Positions 28,750-41,108 of a DNA stretch of 64,000 nt are shown here, piece after piece; position 1 is the first letter of the stretch, and each line of letters begins with the position of its first letter. Where the stretch lies: the NCBI GenBank assembly GCA_964016885.1, contig OZ024740.1:111414001-111478000 (forward strand), read 5' to 3'. Source of the DNA: Eledone cirrhosa (taxonomy: Eukaryota). Under the pieces are notes generated by a model. That model was not told the DNA's origin. It searched no databases and worked only from the letters and a program-made list of their open reading frames with translations. The position numbers were made by a program, and so were the translations under genes.

Positions 28750-31040
28750 ATTTATTTTTTGAAATCCGGGACCTTGCGACGATGAACTTCGACTACTTGA
28801 AGAACACACTGCCTCTCCTCCCCATTCTTGGTGATGGTGGCAACAAAATCAGTTATCAATTTGACTGCTCTCTCCGCCAGATCGTTGACTACCTTGATAT
28901 TGTGAACAACAGCACAGGCATTTTGATATGACGCTTGTGATGACCAAGTTGCAGGTGACAGCTCAAGCCAAGTATCGTTGATACCAAGGATATCGAACTA
29001 GATGAGGCAGCTTCGTGGCCCACTTCATCTCGGGAAACACTGGAGCACCACCGCCGAGAGGCCCAGACGTTTTCGTTTTGACAAGACGTTGGGCTATCTG
29101 TTTCTTCTCGGCCTCTTCGACCCGACTAGAAAACAGCGCTAGCGGAATGGCTTCCTCCGTCATGTACCAAAGATGCCTGCTCAGAGCAGTAGTGGCTGCC
29201 TGCGAGAGATCTCTGTCAACCTTACTGTACTGTGTCAACTACACGTAGAATTGAAGGTCATTGGATGGTGCATCAGCTCACTTGACTGCTGTCAGCCAGT
29301 ATCGCACGTAGTACAGAGCATTGAACATACAGATCCGGCGCAACTTTTCTATTTTAGCTTGATCGTAAATGAGTCGCTCACCAAACGCATCCATTTTGCA
29401 CTATAGATGATTGTGGACATCCACCGAGCGTTATGATGGGCACCAGGCAGCATCCAATGAATTCCTCGAGGAGAGATGACACCAAGCAAGATCAACATCA
29501 ACTCGGCACATTCTTGGTAGTCGTCCCGAGGGAGAGAACTCATTTTCCCATCGTCGGATGTCAGCAAATTTTGGAGGAACTTGATGTTCTCAGAACACAG
29601 ACGTTTGAGTCTCCGGTCGACAATGTTCAATGTTTTAAAGTTGGTCTTGGCAGTCAGTGATACCCAATCTTTTTTGAACTCCTAGAACTCTAGGGTGTCT
29701 GGACTGGACATTGCTCCGAATAGTTGTTGCCACACTGCACACAAGATACGCTCCATGACATAGTGCCGACAAGCAAAATAAAACACCTTTTTGTTGAGCA
29801 TCTCTTCTAGATTCACGCAGGCACCATTTTTAAATCCAGAATTCAAAGCAGTTGTGTCGAAGGGCAAGCCCACCGCAAACCCATCAACATTCCAATCTTT
29901 AACAAGATCAAATGATGCTTTGGCTTGGGTGGTTCCAGTGCCATCAGGAATTACGGGAACACCGAGGAGTTTACCTTCTCTGAAGTCCGGAGTTCCAGCA
30001 ACTAGCAAACCTAGCCTCTCGTGGTCACCAGGAATTATTTTGCCATCCCAATGCAAGGTAACAAAGCCTTTTGTTACCAGCAAATTGTTCCCTTATGTGT
30101 TCAGCCCCAACAGTTCTGATCTTCTTAGCTGCACGTCTGCTACTATTCTTAGTGAGAGTTGTGGCGTCTATCTCAGTCCCACACTCAGAAATAATTGATG
30201 CCATAAATGCTGTTCTCTGGCCCAGTGTCAGGTTTAAACGATCAGCCATTAGAGAAATTTTTGGACTTTGAAATGGATTCTTTGGGAGTTCCAGCTGGAT
30301 TTTACGTTTCTTGTCTGACTTTGAGCTGTCTCTGGGTGGGTTTGAGGCCTGAAATTCAGGATCCTGTTCATCTTCAGTTTCATCATTGGTTGAACTTGAA
30401 TCACTCAGTTCATTACGTGGAAGTTGTGCTGCTACAGATCCTGACAAACGCTTTCTATGGTTCTCTGACTCTCGACGAACCACAGAAACCTGATCACGCT
30501 TAAACTTTGAAGATACCTTTTTCTGGTAACCCTTGTCTTCAGCACCCAGAGATACTTTTTTCTGTCAACGTAGGGCTTCGAGAAATGTAGCATCTTACAT
30601 TTTCTGTTCATTATTACGAAGACGGGCTTTCAAAATGTTCTTTTCAGCATCAGTATTTGCAATGTAGAAATACAAATCCAATTCAGAAATAAATAGTGCT
30701 TCCTTTTCTTTGTTTGACTTAGAACCTTTGTTTTTTTGTAAATTTCTGTATTCACTGTACATGTTCATAATTTTCAGTTTCATTTTGTCGCCACACCAGC
30801 TTTTTCCCACTGACTGACTACTTCCATCACAAGCCTATCCGCAATAGCACCATTGAAGCTCACTAGCTTTTCGTGTTTCATAGGACCATCTTTCTGGTAG
30901 AAGAAATATCTTAGAACATCCATGTTTGTTGGTCTTTTGTTTGGTGAAAAGGATGTAACATATTGCCCCAGGAACCATATTTCTCGATCATCACAACGGA
31001 GCGAGTAGCTACAACTAGGCCCACTGGTTTCCGCCATTAT
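28750..31040 (-). pseudogene. Transposase pseudogene (hAT-like DDE)
   Basis: Frameshifted segments with LHWDGK, FDTTALNSG..NGAC, ACRH, PGAHHNARWM, RHLWY, VNDLAERAVKLI. Confidence 0.85.
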
Positions 31041-31197
31041 TCTGCCAATTTTGGAATTATTAGGCAAGGCTTAAATTAGTGTGAAATAATCAAAATTACA
31101 TTATAAATTGATAATATACAAAATGGCATGAGAAAATGCATAGGGAGCTAAGAAAAAAATCACTTTTGTGTAAAATGTGGGATTCTGGAACACCCTA

Positions 31198-31233
<36 letters not shown>

Positions 31234-31651
31234 TTATATATATATATATATATATATATAAGGCACACAGCAGTCAACTTGCTGCTACCAAGATGAAAAC
31301 TACTATGAAATCCCACACTGAATTTTATACTTGAATTCTCAGATCTCAAATTTTAACTCTTCTTATTATTAATTTTTCTTAATATTAATCAACATTTGAA
31401 AAGATGGCTTTTGCAGACCCATCGAAACCGGTCATTTTTTATACCCTTTATTATTTCCTTACCTTATAAAATTATAGGTTTTTTCACAAAAAAGTATTCT
31501 GTCTCTTATATATTCCATGTGCCATTACCAACCTCAATTTTCTCTATAACCTTCGTTTTGTGTAGAAACTTACACTTTTCATATATATATATATATATAT
31601 ACATATATATATACACACATACATATATAAATACACACACACATATATATG

Positions 31652-31685
<34 letters not shown>

Positions 31686-32085
31686 ATATATATATATGAG
31701 GGAAGGTGAGAGAGAGAGAGACGGAGAGGGAGAGAATGGGGGGGGGGGGGATATAATAATGTAAAACATCAGAGTTGATTAGCAGAACCATCTTTCAGAA
31801 TACTATTGTTAGTGGTAAACAGTCAGTGCTGTTTCCTGGAGGTGTTTTCAGATGGATGATTTTAAGGACCATGAAGGTGCCTTCATTATCTGGCCAAGTC
31901 TTTTCCTCATCATTTATCTACTCTAAGGATTAAGCCTTCAACATACGTCCTTATCTCACATTTACGACACTGGCAACTCCTAGATGAATATATGTGTATT
32001 ACAGCTGTGAATATAATAATACGTATGTGTGCGTCTGTATATGTGTGTAAAATATATATATGTATACCTATATGTATGTATATTC

Positions 32086-32173
<88 letters not shown>

Positions 32174-32193
32174 CATAAATATATATGTATATA

Positions 32194-32278
<85 letters not shown>

Positions 32279-32292
32279 CATAAATATATATG

Positions 32293-32326
<34 letters not shown>

Positions 32327-32497
32327 TATATGTGTGTATATATATGAATATATATATATATATGTATGCATATATATATATACATGTCTGTGTGCGTATG
32401 TGCGTGTGGGGTGTATGTATATTTGCATATATGTGTGTGTATATATATATATGAGTATGCATATGTATGTAAATGTTTATATATATTTGTATGAGTG

Positions 32498-32550
<53 letters not shown>

Positions 32551-33290
32551 GCATATATATGTGTGTGTGAATGTATATATATTTGTGTGTATGATCGAAA
32601 TAAAGACATTCGTTTGGCGGTTTCTGTTAGTTAGAGTCACAAGTTTTAGCTTTTCGTACGTTCAGCTAAGTTAACTTAAATGTTCGTGTCTTCTTTTGTT
32701 GTGATGAAGCCGCGACAATGACGTATCACTTCTCTTGTATTCAGAGCTTTACTTCATTATGAAGTCGTACAGAAACCCGGATGAAGCCGTCAAAAAGGAA
32801 TCTTTTGATAAATATGTTAACACTCGACCTGCGACATCTACTATCCAATTTAGAAATATTCACACTGAAACTTTCCTATATGTGACAAGGAGGAAAATTA
32901 GTTTCTTCCAAACAGCCAGGAACAACATAGAAACTAATTTTGTTATATTTTCTCATCTGCAAAATATTTTCTTTTCTCGATATTATTCATTATTTCGTTA
33001 CATATTTTGTTTCTTCCACTTGTTTAATATGCTTTACTGTTTTTCCTGTAATATTTCTGAATAAATATACATATATATATATACACATATATGCAAACAT
33101 ACATACCCACACACACGAGCGCGCGCACACACATACACATACGTATTTCCGAATATATATATATATATATATGTAAGGATTTATGTGTATGTGTTTATTT
33201 ATATATATATATAATATATATATTCGTTTTATTAAGGCTAAATAGTGAGCCTTATCTGTGTGATCGAGTGTCTCTCCATTATATTACCCA

Positions 33291-33478
33291 GTGGATTGGC
33301 AATATCGGTAGAAGGTCGGACGCCATGCTTTGCAGTATAGAGTTACGCCCCTTTACGGTCTGAGTTCAAATCCCACTGACGTTAACTTTGCCTTTCATCC
33401 TTACGGTCGCGATAAAATAAAGCACTTGTAATGCATTGGAATAATTGTTGGCCTTTTTCCAAAAGTAGAAAGTATTAT
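33291..33478 (+). mobile_element. tRNA-derived SINE
   Basis: Same family as 1680-1868. Confidence 0.8.
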
Positions 33479-33546
33479 ATCACCCAGAAGATATATACAC
33501 ATATATATATGTGCGTGTGTGCGTGTGTGTGTGCGTGTGCGTGTCT

Positions 33547-33628
<82 letters not shown>

Positions 33629-34110
33629 ATTAGATCTTATATTATTCATTCATGTATATATATATATATATATATGTATATGTATATATATATGTCCGGT
33701 CTCCCTATCCTTGTGGAGGGACGAAAGAACGTACAGACTTGGCAGATACTTATGGGATATCTCAAGGTTGGCTGAAGTTAGGTGGACTTCATTTGGAGAA
33801 ACAACTACAAACTGAGGTCACAAATGTTGGAAGTGTAGTGATGGGATTAAATATTGACATAGTGGGCTACATCGTTTATATGACCTGAATGAGATGAGTC
33901 TTCAGCTAAATGTCAGGGTCTAGCAAGATCATACCATACCTATGGCTGCAAGACCATAGAACAGACATCATACAAGTCTATGCTCAAACACTTGAATATG
34001 ATGTTGGGGATTTAAAGCAGACCATGAGGGCAGATTCTATAAAGCGTTATCTTCGTCTTGAAAGATAAAAATATCAAAATAGTCTCGGGTGCATATGAGC
34101 AGTGGTGATT

Positions 34111-34190
34111 AGCGGCTCTTTAGCCTCGTGGTTGACGCCTTCGCCAGCCATTCGAGCGATATGTGGTTCGATTTCTCACAGGCATCCCTG
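34111..34190 (+). other. tRNA-like sequence (SINE head or tRNA pseudogene)
   Basis: TAGCCTCGTGG A box and GGTTCGATT B-box-like motif; no clean cloverleaf. Confidence 0.4.
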
Positions 34191-34869
34191 TTCACGTTTT
34201 CCCATTTCCAGGTGTACTTTACCCGATTTTCTCAACTATTATACATAGTGATACGTCTTTTATTATGGTCCTTTGCATTGGGACGCAGACATTTCAAATT
34301 TCAAATTTTTCTAATGCTCCTTAAGTCAACGGTATTTTAAGATTAATAATTAATGTCTGCATACATCATTTATTATCGATTAAGTTAATATAAGCTTCCT
34401 GTCTGAAGTTCTATCAATTCCCCTAAATACATCGTTACTTTAGACTGGCACCATATTTATCAACCCCGAAATGTTGAAAGGTGAATATGAACTCGTCAGT
34501 ACTGTATCACTCAGAACAAAATTATCCTGAATTAACACCGCAAGACATCCTGCTACACGCTCTAAAGATTCTGCTAAACGTCTTGGCTTTTTTTTTCTTT
34601 TTTCTCTTTGTTCAATAAACGTTTTCATCTCTCGTCTCTTTGTGTTTAATATCTGTGAGTCGGGGTGAGCATGACTGAGGGGGAATTGTAAGAACACTGG
34701 CACAAAATAGAATCTATCGGATGGATTGAATTTCTAATTCAAACATCCTTTGTTGCCACATATTGATCAGATAAATCTAGATACCGCTATGTTTGGCAAC
34801 TGGTTGTCATATGGTTGTTATGTCTTGGACGTAAGTGCGCCATCGCTGGCTCGTTAAATGATTTGACAT

Positions 34870-35090
34870 AATTGTTAGCAGTCGGACAATATGCGTTGCA
34901 GACTTTAGTTACGATCCACCACGTTCTGAGTTCAAACCTTGTCAATGTCAATTTTGCCGTTCATCATTTCGGGTCGGTAAATTAAAGGACCATTCTCCCA
35001 CTAGCAGTTTATATATTTGACAGCCCCCCCCCCCCCACACACACACACTCATGTTGCTGACCTCGTGCCTAAATTAGAAACCGTTATATT
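34870..35090 (+). mobile_element. Degenerate tRNA-derived SINE
   Basis: ctgagttcaaa...gccgttcatcatttcgggtcggtaaattaaaggacc...tgcctaaattagaaac. Confidence 0.6.
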
Positions 35091-35898
35091 TGACCACAGA
35101 ATGAAAGAGCTTCTTTCGGTCATGACTGGTCCAAGGTTTACACCTATGATTGACTGGTAATGGTTTGGCCACTCTGAAGCATATGCAGAAATAGGGTGTT
35201 TTGTGGGAGAGCTATATTCGCCTATTCACTTCTCACTTCTCCACACCACCAAAGTTGTTCAAGTGAAAGGCAAACGCCTATACTTGTCACAACTAATTTT
35301 TTTTCCAGGTGAATGAATTGGAGCAACGTGAAAATATAGTGTCTTGCTCCATGAAACAACGCACCATCCAGCCTTTCGATCGTGAGCCAAGATCTCTTAC
35401 CCTTAAGTCACGCGCCTTTGCCCAAGGCTGTTAACTACATGTGCAACGCGAAATTATTCCAGACAGGAATGGAAACCCTGTTATAACTCACCTCTGCAGA
35501 GTATTCCCGTATATCCTATGCCATTCCCTAATAAATAATTTATTCACAAAATGGATCATAAGTTGGTTTTAACGATGATCACTCAGTTGTTCCAGCAAAT
35601 GAATGCTAAGTTTGTGAATTAAGGTATGAGTGTCAAGTATTTCGCCCACGTACGTATAGGATTTAAACAAGACACATTATGCGACCAAATTAGATTTTTG
35701 AATTAACGGTACAATACACCAAAGGCTTTTGCACAGTTATCATCTATCCAATTTCACCTATAAGACTAGGGTTGATTTGAGTCTATAGTAAAAACACTTA
35801 CCAAGTTCCAACTTATTGCGAAGCCTTCCTCCACAATTACATATACAGTATGAGTCATACGTAACCGGACAATCCAACATTTATATTTTAAATGATAA

Positions 35899-36087
35899 TC
35901 TATGTACTACTAAAACTCTGTGATTGCTTGCTTGCTTGCTTGTCTGTAATGTAATACAGCCAAAAGGGCGCATAATGGGAAGATACTTTGAAAGGAAGTT
36001 GCCTCTGAAATGAGAGTTCAAATGGAATAAAACAATTTTCGCGTAAATCGGAGTACAAGACCCGAGATATTTCTGGGTACCTTCATA

Positions 36088-36163
<76 letters not shown>

Positions 36164-36277
36164 AGAGAAAGAAGGTTGTGAGAGAGTAGATTGAAAGAGA
36201 GACATAGATGGAGGGAGAGGAGACAGAGAAGGAGAATGGAAGAGAGAGAGAGAGAGAGCTGATGGTGGTGTTGTGTG

Positions 36278-36313
<36 letters not shown>

Positions 36314-36591
36314 TTTTGAGTTTATGTTGGTTGTATACCAACACCTCAGTATGCAGGCTGAAGCACTCGACGAGCACATGACTCCAGTTCCTCAGTGAAT
36401 TAAGAACCCAACAAGGAACTGGGCATATCAGAGTATTGACAATATTATACACCTAAACAACATATGTACTTGTCTATACCATACTAATTCAAACTGCCTG
36501 AAGAGGTCACAGCCAAAGATGGCTGTCACTGAAATATATATAGCAGTAATAAACGAAGCTAAATTTTAAGCATTTGACTTTTATTTAACTT

Positions 36592-36642
<51 letters not shown>

Positions 36643-36716
36643 TGTGTGTGTGTATAACGATGTGTGTATATGTGTGTGTGTGTGTCTATGACCAGTGTAT
36701 ATAGATCACAGACACC

Positions 36717-36756
<40 letters not shown>

Positions 36757-36783
36757 AACACACATACATGTATATATATGTAT

Positions 36784-36838
<55 letters not shown>

Positions 36839-36991
36839 CACGCACGTATATATATATAGGCCTTCCAGTTTCATTTCACATTATATACAGTCTGTGTATA
36901 CTTTAATTATTTAAAAATTATTTTTAAGTGAGCATGATGTTTTAAAAATATTTTGAAGCGAACATAACCCAACGGGTCACGAGTTGTCTAG
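35899..36991 (+). mobile_element. Non-autonomous Helitron with nested HHR element
   Basis: A|TCTATGTACTACTAAAA start; aacccaacgggtc hairpin + CTAG|T; homologous to 16195-16655. Confidence 0.7.
36493..36547 (+). ncRNA. Type I hammerhead ribozyme (solo family)
   Basis: actgc-CTGAAGA-GGTC ACAGCCA AAGA TGGCTGT CACT-GAAAT ATAT ATA-gcagt; 5-bp stem I, 7-bp stem II, palindromic loop 3. Confidence 0.85.
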
Positions 36992-37182
36992 TAATTACTA
37001 AAGTTCTGGTCGTACATTACCAAATTATAAATACATCAAACAAATGTGGTTAAACAAATTTAACCACGGCTGATCAGTTATCACACACAAATAAGCGGTT
37101 GTTCGAAACGTTATCTATAAATGTTACAATAAAAATGGATTGACTTCTCGGTTACTTAAGACTCGCCCTGTATTTTAACACA

Positions 37183-38450
37183 CTAAATTGCAACTTGTTG
37201 AAGTGCTTTGATAATTGGTTCACCTCCAGCTTTGATTAATTCTGAGTATATGTTGTCCAGTCCTGGGCATTTTCCTCGCTTCAAATTTTTGATGGCATGA
37301 GATATCTGACTAGCCAAGATAGATGGAATGGCATCTGGTGTCGAATCATGAATAGATGTTGGTTCTGAGTTGCTGAAGTACAGTTCTTCATAGAATTTAG
37401 CCCAGCGTTTAAGAATATCATCTTTGGAAGTAAGGATAATATCGTTTGAATCTTTAATGCCACAGCTAAGATTTCTTGGTTTAGTCTTTAGTTTCTTCAG
37501 AACAGCATGATATAACCTGTTGGGTGGTAGGTTATTCAGCTTCTCGGTGTACATTTGCTTACGTTTATCTGATTTAATGGGATTTTTGGATTCAGACATT
37601 GCTATTCTATATTGGGCTGATGTGTGGCCACATTCTCTTCTGATTCTATGTTTTTCAGATATTGCTTTCTTTATTTGTAGTGACATCCATTGTGGGATGG
37701 AAAGGCCTTCCTTAAGTAAAATCTCTTCAGATTCCTCTGTTATGCCTCTGTAGATAGTATCATAAATCTTGTCAGAGTTTTCATCAGATTGCAAAGCTGA
37801 AAAGACTTTAAATCGGCTTGCTGTTTCGTTACATGAGAGTTGAGTTTGTCTATGTTTCGATGGTATTTTAGTTCTTTGTGGCCAAACAATGTTGATGCGA
37901 AATCTCGTGCACACCATACGATGGTCAGTTATATCAGGAGTGCTAAGAGCAGTGCTTAGTCTTGCTGAAGATTTTTTTGATATTATGAAGTCTATTTGAT
38001 TCTTAGTTATACTGTCTGGTGATATCCAATAGAACAGGTTATATGGTCTTTACTGTGTTAATTGGACGCCAAGGTCACTTTAGAAGCTCTCTACATTCCA
38101 GAACCCCATCGTGAGACTTATGACTGGCAAGCAGCTCAGCGACCGTATCAGTATCAGTGAGCTGCTTAACATTACCAGACTTAGACCAATTACATCAATT
38201 ATCAAGGCAAGAGTACTCAAACTATGCTGCCATATAAACAGATCAACTCGTGGTGTGAGTAGGTTATGCCTGGAAAGAAGGTTGGCTGGTAAGAAAAGCA
38301 GTGGTTAGCAACTTAAACGATGGCTTGACAATGTCAATTCATGGACTGGACTTGATCTTTGCTCTTTGAACTCTGCTGCTGGTGATCGAACTTTGTGGAA
38401 AGAGATATCACATGTTAATGAGTAGTCTACAACTGGCGGAGTTTAGCGTC
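37183..38450. mobile_element. RTE LINE fragment with internal inversion
   Basis: Minus 37183-38030: APE end/RT start (NQIDFII, DHRMV, KRWAKFYEELY, GKCPGLDNI). Plus 38031-38450: C-terminus (RVLKLCCHINR...RWLDNV). Confidence 0.75.
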
Positions 38451-38641
38451 TCAAGAAGAAATTGCAACTGAATTGCAGTTGGGGTACGTATTTAAGAATA
38501 AGATCTTAGTTTCCTTTGTAAATTAATTTGTAAGTAAATGTTGGTAAGAATCTTCTTACCACTGAGTGCTCAATTTAATCCGTCACCCTATTTAATAACA
38601 CCCGTACCTCTTTAAATATGTATGCCTGTATGTATGTATGC

Positions 38642-38676
<35 letters not shown>

Positions 38677-38711
38677 TATATGTATGTATCTATCTATCTA
38701 TCTATCTATCC

Positions 38712-38757
<46 letters not shown>

Positions 38758-38769
38758 TAATCTGAAGAT

Positions 38770-39021
38770 AAACAGAGGGAAGACAGTAACACCTACAAAA
38801 CGGGTTCCTGGTGTTGAGAGTTGTTCTATCCACGGGGTCTAAAACAACCATGCAGTAACGCCCCCCCCCCCCCCTTACTGGGGATTTCAATTGTTATTTT
38901 ATTATATATAGTTTATTGTTATTTAGTAATGTTAAAGTTATTTTTATGTAAAACCCCCGCCGTCACGTCTTGTAATGTCCCATTTTGTGTACGCCCCTGT
39001 GGCAAATAAAGAAAGATATCT
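38770..39021 (+). mobile_element. Truncated 3'UTR of a Tx1-type LINE
   Basis: Ends cgcccctgtggcaaataaagaaagatatct, matching 44670-44700. Confidence 0.6.
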
Positions 39022-39132
39022 GGACTTTCAGACGGTGGGTCAAGTCATCTTCACCCCTCCCTGGGGTGAAATTTTCGTTTTGAAAAAGAATTTCGCCGGT
39101 GAAAAAAATGTGTAAACAACCTTGCATTCAGT

Positions 39133-39390
39133 CATGAACACTGCGTTCATAACTAGAAGTGGTGGAGAGGCGGTAAGAGTGTTAAGCTCGCAGTCACCTC
39201 CTCTCACCACCTCATTGAAAGACACCGAAAATATCGTCAGTTTTGAAAACACGATGTCGGACGTTGATTGTAACATCAACACTAACACAAACACCAATAA
39301 CATGCAAAATATAAACAACACCAACCAGAACAACAACAACAACAACAATAATGACAACAAGAACAACAACAGCAACAGTGATAACAACAA

Positions 39391-39421
<31 letters not shown>

Positions 39422-41108
39422 GATAACAACAACACCATAAGCAACAACAGCAACACGAACAACTCCACGAACAAGGAAAATATTTTTTTACTCAAACTGT
39501 CCAAAAGACGGAACTGTTCACATACCTTGACATTTCCAATGCTAGGGCAATCTTAAGCGATGCAAAACAGTACGTAACTTTTGGTGAGAGTGGTGCTTTC
39601 AGCATCACTTCTCCTCAACAGTTACGCAGAAAAACTGTTCTAAAAACAGTAATTTTTAGGACGGTTTCAAATGTGTCGAAAAAACCAGTTCAGTTATCCC
39701 AAAACGATATTGAACTGGTTCTGAAGAATTCCATGAAGGATATTACCTTCATCCAAAAAGGGAAACTTTTTGGAAGCATTTCGGTGTTGTTGAAAGACAA
39801 ATTGACAGCACAAAGATATTCTGTATCGCCGATTGTGTCCCCCTTTACACATTTTTCCCCACATATATGGGAAAAAGAAGTAAAAAAATAAAAATGTTGA
39901 ACATTGCACCAAATGTAAACGTCTGGTGGATTCTATCTGGCTTCATCGATTTCGGCGAAGACACCATCATTTCGGTGGGAAAGTCCTCCAGAGGCACATT
40001 CAATGGTACAAGCATGGAAGTTCTGGTCCAAATGAGGCCAGAACGGATAGCTAAAATACCCCAACGTGTGCCTCTGGATGGAATTTCACACATAGACATT
40101 TCTGTTGAGAGTAGGCAGCCTTCAGGTTACCACTGTTTAAGCAGTGGTCTCCTGAAGGCTTACTGTCCTCAGTTAACTAAAAAAAAAGAAGAGGCACTAC
40201 TGCCAACACCCAAAACAATAACACAACCACTACCACGACGACGACGACCACCACCACAACAACAACAACAACAACACGCAAACACAATCAAAAGAAGAAC
40301 AACAAACCAACCTGCAAGCACAGTCCCACCCAACCCCACTCCACCTAAAACCACTGCAAAAACACCCACAAATACAACAGTTCCCCAAAACATACCCCTT
40401 CCAAATAACACAGACACCACCACGGACGAGGCCCCCACATCATCACCAAGTGATGATGAGGGAGAGCCTCTCCGTTCGAAAAGAAAGAAGAAAAGACACC
40501 ACAAGAACAAAAAAACAACAAACATCACTACAAACATACAACCACCGACACAAACAACACAAACAACACAAACATTACAAACAAGAACCCCCCGTCCCGA
40601 AAACAAAACCACAACATCACTCCAAACACAAACACCTACAACAAATCGAAAGCTCCCACAAGAACAACAGACAAAAACCACCGCAACACAACAAGAACAT
40701 TACACATACATAAACAGTAAAAACAAAACTTTAATGGAGGTCATCTCCAACGACCCTTCGGTTTTCACCGAAGGGAAAACTTTTTCGAACTGTGTAGACA
40801 AACCTAATTTAAAGATGATTAGGGTCCCTACAGACACCTATAAGTCTTTAAAGGAAAACTTTCCTAAGGACGTGGTTAATCCTTGTGTTAAACCCATTAA
40901 CCGCGTCCTTTTAAAAAGTGTCCCCACCCTCAACCCAGACACCCCCACTCCACCAACATCTCCGCCCCCACCCTGCCGGGAACCACCACCCACCCAGACA
41001 ACTCCTCTAACACCCACATTGAAACCGTGCGGCCTGATCCCCAGGAGACGAAGAGGTGAGTGTTTTCTTCTCCTCTTTTACTTTTCAGAACCAACATGGC
41101 CAATATAA
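39133..41108 (+). pseudogene. LINE ORF1 (frameshifted)
   Basis: Poly-Asn N-terminus, degenerate zinc knuckle (YHCLSSGLLKAYCP), Thr/Pro/Lys-rich tail. Confidence 0.6.

Larger units (their letters stand above)
26512..31197 (-). mobile_element. hAT-superfamily DNA transposon (probably hATm group), decayed
   Basis: Termini TAGAGTGTGCCA / TAGGGTGTTCCA with ATATATAT on both sides; fragmented transposase inside. Confidence 0.75.

Noticed and set aside
39040-40681. Hydrophobic Leu/Val-rich minus-strand ORFs
   Set aside because: Antisense shadows of the CAA-rich LINE ORF1.
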